Of a DNA stretch of 20,000 bases, positions 8,301 to 14,664 are shown in pieces (the stretch's first letter is position 1; each line of letters starts with the position of its first letter). The notes beneath the pieces are model-generated. The model had not been told where the DNA came from. It searched no databases and saw nothing but the letters and a program-made list of their open reading frames with translations. Position numbers and translations under genes: made by a program. This DNA comes from an uncultured virus (IMG/VR IMGVR_UViG_3300025653_000027) (lineage: Duplodnaviria > Heunggongvirae > Uroviricota > Caudoviricetes): the IMG/VR virus record IMGVR_UViG_3300025653_000027; one strand, written 5' to 3'.

Positions 8301-10707
8301 AACAGTTAGCGGTACATACGGTGGGTATGTAACTGGTGTTGGCGTTTCCTGTTATGCATACGATAATGCCGGCAGTGGATATACTTACATTGGTTTACCA
8401 AACCTGACCGGATATTCTCATAACGTAACTTATCTAGATGCTTATTCAAACCGTACTACTCAGCTTGGTTCAGGTCACGCTGAAGTTTATGCTCCGCAAT
8501 GGACATGGAGCGGTAGTACCTATTTGCGAGCTTATGTTCAGAGTGAAAACACAAGTAAATATGGTGGCACGGCTAAAATTACCCTTGGTGATGCTGTAAA
8601 AGTTGGCCAATACATAGCAATGTATGCCGAGGGTAATAACAGCCTTGCTCAAATTACATTAACTGGTAATACTGCTTATGAAATAGGCACAAATAATACC
8701 ACTTATTATCTCAACGTTCACACTCGTTATTGCGATGCTGCTACGCCATCAAAAGTTACGGGTTTACTTGGTAATTTACAAGTTGTTAGCGGTTATTATC
8801 AGCTTTATAATTATGTAGATGCTCCAAGTGGTCGTATTGTTGTTCAAACAACAGGGTTAAAACGAGTTACTCACTATATTCAAGTAGCTGCAGATGCATC
8901 AGGTGCTTTTGTCTCTGGCAATTTAGGGAAACTTGAAAGCGTCGGATATGCTTCCCAAAGCTCTAACTTAGCAGTGTATGCACGAGCTACTGGTGCAACT
9001 AGTTATTTGATTGCCACTGGTGATCCCGGTTACGAAGCAACTGGTGAAATTAAACATGGAATGATTAATGGCGCTGCAAATGGTGGCTACTGCGAAACAC
9101 GCATTAATAACTTTAGAAGCTGTAATTACGTCAATAATTACGCAACAGGTACAGCTATTATGGAGGCCACTGGTCTTCAGTCCATCACAGGTAATTCACT
9201 GTACCATATAACTCTTGGTTATTACCATGCAGATCATCCAACTTTAGTCAGTGGTAACTTCCCGAACTTACATGAAAACTCGGGTTATTTACAATTTGAC
9301 CTGTTTGGTCAAGCCACTGGTTACCTTAATTACAATACTGCTCGAACCAGTGGTTTTATTGATGATTATGTACTAATTCGAGGTAGGAACAGCGATCCAA
9401 ATATCTCTGGTTATGTAAACCTTGGGGGTACAACAGATGTGCGCAATAATTACTTCCAGGTAATTACTTCAGGCGATTGGGTTATTGATGCAACTGGTAT
9501 TACTAACGTAACAGGTTATACACAGCTTGCAGCTGGCGGTAAATCTGCAGGGTCTGGTATTACTTCTGTTACTGGCAATTTCTCTAATACAAGATCTGGT
9601 TTTACTGTTGAGGCTTTTGGAACATCCGGCCACATTCAATTTACATCGAATTACACCGGAATCTTTGAACCACAGATCTGGGCAACAGGTAGAACCAACA
9701 CATCTATTGTTGAGCTAAATCTGGATAGCATGGATGCCATTGGTGCATCTGGTGTACGTCTGCGTAACTCTGGTACAACGTTCATTTCAATGACCGGAAT
9801 GCGTTGCATCAGTGGTGGATACACCTTATATCAAGTTGGTGATACCTCTACCCGTGGTTATGGTACACATGGTTTTGAAACAGTTACCGCATTAACTGGA
9901 GTTGCAACTGCAATCACTGGTTATAACAACCTTACAGGAACTGTTGTTATCTCAGGTAACACCTTTACTGGAGAAGTGAACGCAACTGCGCTTAAGCAGA
10001 TTGGTTACGAAAGTATCGCAATGAGTTACACCAGTGGTGCAATTATTGCCACTGGAATTAAGACAGCTAAATTCCCCGCATTGACTGGTTGGTACGGCCA
10101 AATCCGTATGGAGCTGCCTGCTATTACCGGTTTCGATATGAGCAGCCTGGTCTGGATGGGAGCGAGCGGTACCTCTGGAAGCACAGGTGCTGACAGTCAA
10201 CGTCTGTACCGACCGTTGTACTTTGAGTTTGGTTCGAACCTTACAGGCGATCTTGATCTGGGAGCACTTCAGCACATTCACGTGTACAGCAACAACACGG
10301 ACGGTGCTTCAGCAGTGACTACACCTGCCTTCCACATCATTGGCTCTGGTTTAACCAGCGTCAGCATGGCTGCAGTTATCACTGGTTCTACTCAAGGTCA
10401 ATCTTCTGTTGTTCGTTCTGGTGTCATTGAGGGTTCAAACATCACAGGTTTAACCTTTGGCGCTTCGGGTACAACCAAGAAGATGGAGATGCACTTCATG
10501 GCAAGTGGTTGTGCACTTAACCAAGCAAGTGTTGACGCAACACTCCAGATGTTTGCTTCACTCGATGGCACAAACAGCACAACCACATATAGTGGACTTA
10601 CAATTACATTAAATGGATTGTGTGCTGCACCTTCTGCTGCTGGTAGTGGTTATCGAGATACGTTAACCGGTGCCGGACGCGACTGTACCGTTCTCATCAA
10701 CTCATAA
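5365..10707 (+). CDS. Giant (1780 aa) LRR/L-domain-like beta-solenoid, putative receptor-binding/virion protein
   Basis: Recurrent LxxIxGxh coils (NLEYVGYQI, ELREINGNINL, NLQVVSGYYQL, GLQSITGN, NLHENSGYLQF). The C-terminal LNQASVDATLQMFASLDG...ITLNG..AAPSAAG...L.....CTVLIN resembles the cap seen on phage/bacterial LRR-like proteins. It follows a fibre gene. Confidence 0.7.
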   Translation: MSNYSNFVGYVPDKLRLETTGGALVEGELGLPNEYIASLSIGPVSTGAYVSNPGIALDAAATFTIESGSSYIQFKNLTATKNAIVVTGASEGSGTDFEADFSNLEYVGYQITGRSDRLKKFSLGALKRIDSLDGNSRIALYYSGGHDVTGEVYSPNLVQAAGYSGVFLNYGSGGLKGLDNTFTGYVSGMVIISGHADYGSSNNELLPYEDFLPVHQVGGVKFFAGSNWENVVLGMNHTGVGLGNGNTSANSAAQGITWNIYTHQNTTGVVIPRLASEGVNAYVSTPTTNTGDLTITCSGAPLTKPSGFYNRFDFNQNTDGKNLTVINNSNEYFYIPYIGNIGAINIKSSGSLNFSGLCLTGVSQQYINSANRWSKFQATDDIVVNLTTGTFLAGRSNSGANGGCVFWAISESGNVTFEALNLEQTNVGWVAQLKGSGTTGLINLPEATGLIPAGTNPHGTSENGGALMQLYPGGADAVDTVQTINIPKLQQYSGTLTAYGLSGSTTTISGADLTSWSGDHNFYTSGDLYYTFTGGGGDGSGEVIGNFNNYTYLSGNTHSGNRGTLRRCNALTYSLSGVDGTGILVANELREINGNINLRTLTGCTLNVTGADVDYISGYLYTYTSGNVNYSFTGGPGNGSGYMTSNIYQYSYGDTATITGNVGTLASGAQVRQHCYSGSNYLEATGMHMWNGSHQFYTNGTESTLTGKFGDITHISGGINAYTSGKIDLTFTGGPGTGGGYMTSHLYIRNYTTGNTFTGNFGTLRSGVIVSGRIYSGDSNISIYATGMNQWGNSHKFFADAATSGDSNTKFTVDFGDIEHLSGVIDAYTYTTGHTFNYNHGTAKSGYITNYWKHVDYAPAGTQITWNMGSLKNIGNSTSRTAGYIFPYQNTDLNATGKSLTFNATGLQDANGITGYVNYGSTVTLNLNTFHVRNRLQAQAYAGGTYLADGSGNLPATTGGSIDYIRHYSLYTAGSGQLTTVSGTYGGYVTGVGVSCYAYDNAGSGYTYIGLPNLTGYSHNVTYLDAYSNRTTQLGSGHAEVYAPQWTWSGSTYLRAYVQSENTSKYGGTAKITLGDAVKVGQYIAMYAEGNNSLAQITLTGNTAYEIGTNNTTYYLNVHTRYCDAATPSKVTGLLGNLQVVSGYYQLYNYVDAPSGRIVVQTTGLKRVTHYIQVAADASGAFVSGNLGKLESVGYASQSSNLAVYARATGATSYLIATGDPGYEATGEIKHGMINGAANGGYCETRINNFRSCNYVNNYATGTAIMEATGLQSITGNSLYHITLGYYHADHPTLVSGNFPNLHENSGYLQFDLFGQATGYLNYNTARTSGFIDDYVLIRGRNSDPNISGYVNLGGTTDVRNNYFQVITSGDWVIDATGITNVTGYTQLAAGGKSAGSGITSVTGNFSNTRSGFTVEAFGTSGHIQFTSNYTGIFEPQIWATGRTNTSIVELNLDSMDAIGASGVRLRNSGTTFISMTGMRCISGGYTLYQVGDTSTRGYGTHGFETVTALTGVATAITGYNNLTGTVVISGNTFTGEVNATALKQIGYESIAMSYTSGAIIATGIKTAKFPALTGWYGQIRMELPAITGFDMSSLVWMGASGTSGSTGADSQRLYRPLYFEFGSNLTGDLDLGALQHIHVYSNNTDGASAVTTPAFHIIGSGLTSVSMAAVITGSTQGQSSVVRSGVIEGSNITGLTFGASGTTKKMEMHFMASGCALNQASVDATLQMFASLDGTNSTTTYSGLTITLNGLCAAPSAAGSGYRDTLTGAGRDCTVLINS

Positions 10708-10709
10708 TT

Positions 10710-11063
10710 ATGTCGGGAACTTTAGGACCAGCAAAATCGTGGCGGGTCGTTTATAACAACGACCTGCTCGTTACTTTCTTTAAAGAAACAGATGGGATGC
10801 TTTATACAGGTCAATCCTGTTTTGAATATCCAACAAGACAAGAATGTGTCGATGAAGCACGTTCTTTAAATTTAAAATTTGAGTGTTGGAAGTTTTGGAC
10901 TTATCCAAATAACTTCTGTAGTGCTCCAGTTAACTTTTCTTATTACGAAACCGATAGAGAAGTTCCCATTGGGCAAGCAAGTGATGAGTATGGCTACATA
11001 ACTCGTCAAACATATCAAGAATGCATTGATATTATTCAAGGACGCGGTTACGTTATTCGGTAA
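10710..11063 (+). CDS. Hypothetical 117-aa protein, possible partner/chaperone of the giant solenoid
   Basis: Starts 2 nt after the preceding stop. Internal duplicated motif (YPTRQECVD / RQTYQECID). Confidence 0.6.
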   Translation: MSGTLGPAKSWRVVYNNDLLVTFFKETDGMLYTGQSCFEYPTRQECVDEARSLNLKFECWKFWTYPNNFCSAPVNFSYYETDREVPIGQASDEYGYITRQTYQECIDIIQGRGYVIR

Positions 11064-11068
11064 AAACA

Positions 11069-11710
11069 ATGTCTATCAAGTTGGTTGATGCTGCTTCTTA
11101 TTATGTTGAAGAACAGCATCAAACCGATGCCTGGAATTGGTTGCAAGATCAACTCTCGGAAGAGACGTTAAATACGTTTGCAGATAAGTACAGAAATAAA
11201 GCTAAAAAGAATGAAAAATTAATTACAGCAAACGATAATGTACCCGTAGATACAATTAAAAAAGAAGAAAATACAAAGAAAAATGTAATTGCATTTGACC
11301 CCTGGAGCCCCTTTGGATATAAGGTAACTCCAAACATTACGTACGGTGAATTAACATTAAATCAAGAAGCAAGACGTTTCACAAAGCACTTCCAATGTGA
11401 AACTGCTGTAAAACTTTGTGAGTTTTTAGAGAAAGTTAGATTAACATTTAACAACAAGCCAATCATTATTACTAGTGGCTCGAGGCCAGAGCCAATTAAT
11501 CGTGAAGTTGGTGGTGCAAAAAACAGCGAACATACCTATGACGCACCGCTTAAAGGTGCAGTAGATTTTTATATTGAAGGCGCAAACATCTACGATGTTC
11601 AAGCATGGTGCGACCAGAACTGGAAGTACTCATTGGGGTACGGTGCACAAAAAGGATTTATTCATATTGGCATGAGGGAAACACAAAACAAGATTCGCTG
11701 GAATTATTAA
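11069..11710 (+). CDS. Endolysin, peptidase M15 (Zn D-Ala-D-Ala carboxypeptidase-like) with cyanophage-type N-terminal domain
   Basis: LEKVR..F..KPIIITSG.R....N..VGGA.NSEH, GAVDF and GFIHIG are M15 Zn-ligand motifs (H, D, H). The N-terminal LVDAASYY....HQ..AW.WLQ segment is, from recall, typical of cyanophage lysins. Confidence 0.9.
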   Translation: MSIKLVDAASYYVEEQHQTDAWNWLQDQLSEETLNTFADKYRNKAKKNEKLITANDNVPVDTIKKEENTKKNVIAFDPWSPFGYKVTPNITYGELTLNQEARRFTKHFQCETAVKLCEFLEKVRLTFNNKPIIITSGSRPEPINREVGGAKNSEHTYDAPLKGAVDFYIEGANIYDVQAWCDQNWKYSLGYGAQKGFIHIGMRETQNKIRWNY

Positions 11711-11711
11711 A

Positions 11712-11873
11712 GTGAAAAGAAATAAAGACCCGCAGATACGGGTTAATATCTGCTGGGAAGTTGGCGACGAAAAAAAATGCGTAACCCTCAATAAACAAGA
11801 GGCTTACGCAACAAAAGATTGGGTTGAGAAAAACAACGGTGTTGTTTTCTGGTTCCAGGCTTTACCTGATTAG
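11712..11873 (+). CDS. Hypothetical 53-aa protein (not in ORF track)
   Basis: GTG 1 nt after the lysin stop: MKRNKDPQIRVNICWEVGDEKKCVTLNKQEAYATKDWVEKNNGVVFWFQALPD*. It exactly fills the gap. Confidence 0.6.
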   Translation: MKRNKDPQIRVNICWEVGDEKKCVTLNKQEAYATKDWVEKNNGVVFWFQALPD

Positions 11874-12034
11874 CGCTGTTTTGCTTTACCAACCACAAGC
11901 GCTAAAGTCTCCAACACCTTATACAACTTTGCCACCAGGGCATCGTCTTTCGGCGTAGGAGTCAAAGCTGTAATTGCAGATGCAGCGGCATGCACTGCAA
12001 GCAACACTTCGATGTATTTAGAGATGTGTTCCAT
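11870..12034 (-). CDS. Small membrane protein, holin-like (54 aa; not in ORF track)
   Basis: MEHISKYIEVLLAVHAAASAITALTPTPKDDALVAKLYKVLETLALVVGKAKQR*: hydrophobic helix, the TPTPKDD motif I recognise from small phage membrane proteins, and a basic C-terminus; near the lysin. Confidence 0.7.
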   Translation of the reverse strand: MEHISKYIEVLLAVHAAASAITALTPTPKDDALVAKLYKVLETLALVVGKAKQR

Positions 12035-12061
12035 AATCTGGAATCTTTTTCTTTATTCTAC

Positions 12062-12490
12062 TTACCTAGATTTGTAGTAGAAAAAAGATTTATCTTCTTC
12101 TATTACTTCCCAATCAGAGTCTTCATGGCGAGCAAACCATTTTTTCCAAATACGAAATTGTTTATCTGATTCGACGCATTCGCATCGAATAACAAGAGAA
12201 TCACCTTTTGGAATATACTCTTGACAATCTCTTAAAAAACGAACTGCTAAAGCTTGAGAACGATTCCCCGCTTTACCTGTCAAATTCATATCCAAGCGGC
12301 GGACACGTTTGTTCTTTCTTCTCAACAACCAGTCGTTCGCCTGCCTCGTCGAACACGATACGGCCATGCTGACTAACCACACACAACCACTCTGGGTCCG
12401 TATCCACGGGATAAGTCGTACCTTGAGAAAGGTCCCATCCTTCAAAGAAATCTTCCCAGTCTTCTTGCGACGCCTGGTACGGAGAGACAT
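12062..12490 (-). CDS. Hypothetical basic protein (142 aa)
   Basis: ORF track 12062..12496. ATG at 12490 is preferred because it begins 2 nt after the upstream stop. No family recognised. Confidence 0.7.
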   Translation of the reverse strand: MSLRTRRRKKTGKISLKDGTFLKVRLIPWIRTQSGCVWLVSMAVSCSTRQANDWLLRRKNKRVRRLDMNLTGKAGNRSQALAVRFLRDCQEYIPKGDSLVIRCECVESDKQFRIWKKWFARHEDSDWEVIEEDKSFFYYKSR

Positions 12491-12492
12491 TT

Positions 12493-12636
12493 TCAAACGT
12501 CATACATTTTGCACTCAGATGCCCAGGGTGTTTCAAGACAGTAAATAAACTGTTTGTCGTAAGGTGTCATCTTAATTTCAATAACCTCAGGACGCTTGAA
12601 TACCTTGCGCATAATTAAAGTATAAAGTTTTTTCAT
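12493..12636 (-). CDS. CP12-like peptide (C-terminal CP12 motif only; 47 aa; not in ORF track)
   Basis: MKKLYTLIMRKVFKRPEVIEIKMTPYDKQFIYCLETPWASECKMYDV*. The terminal YC-x3-P-x-A-x-EC-x2-YD-x matches the CP12 C-terminal loop. The start overlaps the upstream stop (ATGA). Confidence 0.7.
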   Translation of the reverse strand: MKKLYTLIMRKVFKRPEVIEIKMTPYDKQFIYCLETPWASECKMYDV

Positions 12637-13343
12637 GGTTGTGTTGCTAGAGGAACAAGAATTGCGGGGAACGGAATTCCCTGCTGACGCTCACGTTGCC
12701 ATGCTTCATCCCACTCAGACAACGAATGAGTATGTCGATCATTTTCAACATAATTCGGAGTGGTATCTGCAACAACGTAGCCTCCATCTTCATATAGCAT
12801 AAGTGCATAATCTTCTAGAAGCAGATCAAATCCTGTTATTGGAAATTCAACAACAAAAGCAACTTCATAATCAATATTTTCGTTTCGTGTAGAAGAAATG
12901 CACAGTAAGTAACTTCCTCTTTTTAAGGGGTAGTAGCGCAGATCGCCTTTATCTAGCCTGTTAGCATCAAAATTGTTGTATAAATCAGACTGTTTATTCA
13001 TCACATGACCAACATACGGGTAATAAACTTCCCCGTCGATAGTCTCTGAAATGCTGTCCTTGTCAAAAGGATTACGTCCTTCGATTGGCGTAAGGTTTAG
13101 ATCGTAAGCAGAAACATTGATGTAATTGGGGTTGCGACCACCCTTGGCCAAAATGATCCAGGCATCAGCAGAAATATCGATCCGGAACCAATGGTTATAT
13201 GTTCCACCCCCATATCCCCCACTGACAACTTTATTTTTGGGACCCAGGGATCCGGTTAAATTTCTAATTGATAATTGATCGAACGGTCCAAGAACCAAGG
13301 GACTTTCCTTGGTCCTCTGCCGTTGCGTTTGTGAAATACGCAT
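12633..13343 (-). CDS. Hypothetical 236-aa protein, possibly a virion beta-sandwich protein
   Basis: Long ORF in a tightly packed cluster, with alternating beta-strand patterns (HWFRIDI, GSYLLCISS, YEVAFVVEF) and an LLLED..LMLYEDG motif. Confidence 0.7.
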   Translation of the reverse strand: MRISQTQRQRTKESPLVLGPFDQLSIRNLTGSLGPKNKVVSGGYGGGTYNHWFRIDISADAWIILAKGGRNPNYINVSAYDLNLTPIEGRNPFDKDSISETIDGEVYYPYVGHVMNKQSDLYNNFDANRLDKGDLRYYPLKRGSYLLCISSTRNENIDYEVAFVVEFPITGFDLLLEDYALMLYEDGGYVVADTTPNYVENDRHTHSLSEWDEAWQRERQQGIPFPAILVPLATQP

Positions 13344-13368
13344 TATTGTGTGTAGTCTTTTTTCTATT

Positions 13369-14031
13369 TTACTCTTCGCTTTCTTTGTTTTTTAAAGGAC
13401 TAGAAATTGTGCTTTTGTACAAGTCTTTTATTTTTTCAACATCATTATTGATGCTGGCAAAATACATCAGCTTTTTGGCTTCAAACTCAGTGCAGAAGGG
13501 GTGGATTATACGTGGTGGGTACATCCGATTCCAGGAGGACACCAGGTGTAATGGGTTGCCGCACAAGGGATTTGAGCAGAGCCTGGTTACGACACCCGTT
13601 CCAATATCGCCCCAGGCGCATTGGTAAATGGCCTTATGAAAGGTGACGTTTTCAGCTTTTTGTTTGCTGTATAAGGAGCGATAGGAGGGAAAACAAAAAC
13701 GTTTAGGGGTGTAAATGGAATTGTTTTGGATTTCCCAGCACTCATCTGGCTCAGCAATTTGGATGCGGTTCCAGAGGCTTTGATATTTACCTTTGTAATC
13801 CACGTGTAAGTAGTTAATATCAAATCCACAGATGTTGGAAATAATTTTTTTAACGCACAAATAACAGTAGTGTTCTTTTGAGTGGCGAATGGTATGACCG
13901 TGCGGGCACTGGAACCCACGGTAATAACCTCCGTCTTTAAGGATTTCGTCAGACAGTTCAGTGATATTGGGTATATGTCTAAAGGAATTAGGAACGTTGG
14001 TATTCCGGAGAGAACGGTAGATGTTAGCCAA
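13369..14031 (-). CDS. Zn-finger plus degenerate HNH/His-Cys-box-like protein
   Basis: CPHGH-x9-CYLC, DECWE, and HKAIYQCAWGDIG..VVTRLCSNPLCGNPLHL (compare HNH consensus HR.aY....G.IP....v.H.CdNp.CvNP.HL). Confidence 0.7.
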   Translation of the reverse strand: MANIYRSLRNTNVPNSFRHIPNITELSDEILKDGGYYRGFQCPHGHTIRHSKEHYCYLCVKKIISNICGFDINYLHVDYKGKYQSLWNRIQIAEPDECWEIQNNSIYTPKRFCFPSYRSLYSKQKAENVTFHKAIYQCAWGDIGTGVVTRLCSNPLCGNPLHLVSSWNRMYPPRIIHPFCTEFEAKKLMYFASINNDVEKIKDLYKSTISSPLKNKESEE

Positions 14032-14362
14032 GTTCCTCCGTGCTGATTTTTTTGACGACGTTCGAGATTAGTAGTGGTTCTCGATTGTCTTTTTCAGTGT
14101 TGCTCTTGTGGTGGAGCACACGGGAATTCGTCAAGTCTCGTTCTGTTCTCATGAAACACACAATGCGATGCGCCAGGTATCGCTTGTTGTCCACGAAAAC
14201 CATGTAGTAACCAGTGCGGATATTGATACGTCCGACTTGATCTCCAGCCTTGTAGCCAGCACGATCAATTCTCCATTCGAGACCAGAAGGATACTTGTCA
14301 GACAAATCAAACAGTTCTCGTAACCGCCAAAGGGGTGGAAGAGACATGCTTGAGGTCGCCAT
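14024..14362 (-). CDS. HNH-endonuclease-like protein (degenerate C-terminal motif)
   Basis: LRELF......SGLEW, AGDQVG, GYYMV.VD.KRYLAHRIV are typical of phage HNH_3-type N-termini, followed by VLHHKSNTEKDNREPL. ATG at 14362 is preferred over the ORF-track start at 14437. Confidence 0.7.
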   Translation of the reverse strand: MATSSMSLPPLWRLRELFDLSDKYPSGLEWRIDRAGYKAGDQVGRINIRTGYYMVFVDNKRYLAHRIVCFMRTERDLTNSRVLHHKSNTEKDNREPLLISNVVKKISTEELG

Positions 14363-14419
14363 TGGAAGGGGGTGCGTGAAAACAGAGAATACCCTTAATT
14401 TTTCTCTAGCTTCAGTTAA

Positions 14420-14529
14420 ATGACACGGTTGAAACAAAGTGTACTGAGAACCGAGAACAGATACCTGTTTTTATCTCTTTACTTTTGCCCTCAACTTTTC
14501 AACATTACACCATTTGAACAAAGTGTCAT
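14420..14529. repeat. Two 26-bp imperfect dyad sites (ACAC-N12-GTGT core), 84 bp apart
   Basis: ATGACACggttgaaacaaaGTGTACT (14420-14445) and ATTACACcatttgaacaaaGTGTCAT (14504-14529), 19/26 identical. Confidence 0.65.
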
Positions 14530-14607
14530 ATTCCATAGGGGGGGATGAAATGACCCCCCAATCTCTGAAAGTCTGCACAGGACTCAAAGTGAGACTAAGA
14601 AACCAAG

Positions 14608-14635
14608 AAAAAACCCCCACCAATCGGCAGGGGTT
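14608..14635 (-). terminator. Rho-independent terminator after the glycosyltransferase gene
   Basis: The minus strand reads aacccctgcc-gatt-ggtgggggtt then ttttcttggtttctt, ~30 nt downstream of the stop at 14665. Confidence 0.8.
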
Positions 14636-14664
14636 CTCAACCCAACGGTCTCACCGCATCCAAA

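Noticed and set aside
6453..10586. Short ORFs inside the 1780-aa gene (both strands)
   Set aside because: Fully nested, with no recognisable motifs; expected by chance
2..10707. Diversity-generating retroelement or invertible tail-fibre cassette
   Set aside because: No reverse transcriptase or recombinase, no adenine-specific TR/VR pair and no inverted fibre copies; the repeats are ordinary in-frame duplications
11729..11757. Hairpin ccc-gcagata...tatctgc-t-ggg after the endolysin stop as a terminator
   Set aside because: Short stem, no U-tract, and it lies within the plausible 53-aa ORF
12273..12548. ORF-track calls 12273..12536 (-) and 12309..12548 (+)
   Set aside because: They overlap two better-supported, tightly packed genes (12062..12490 and 12493..12636)
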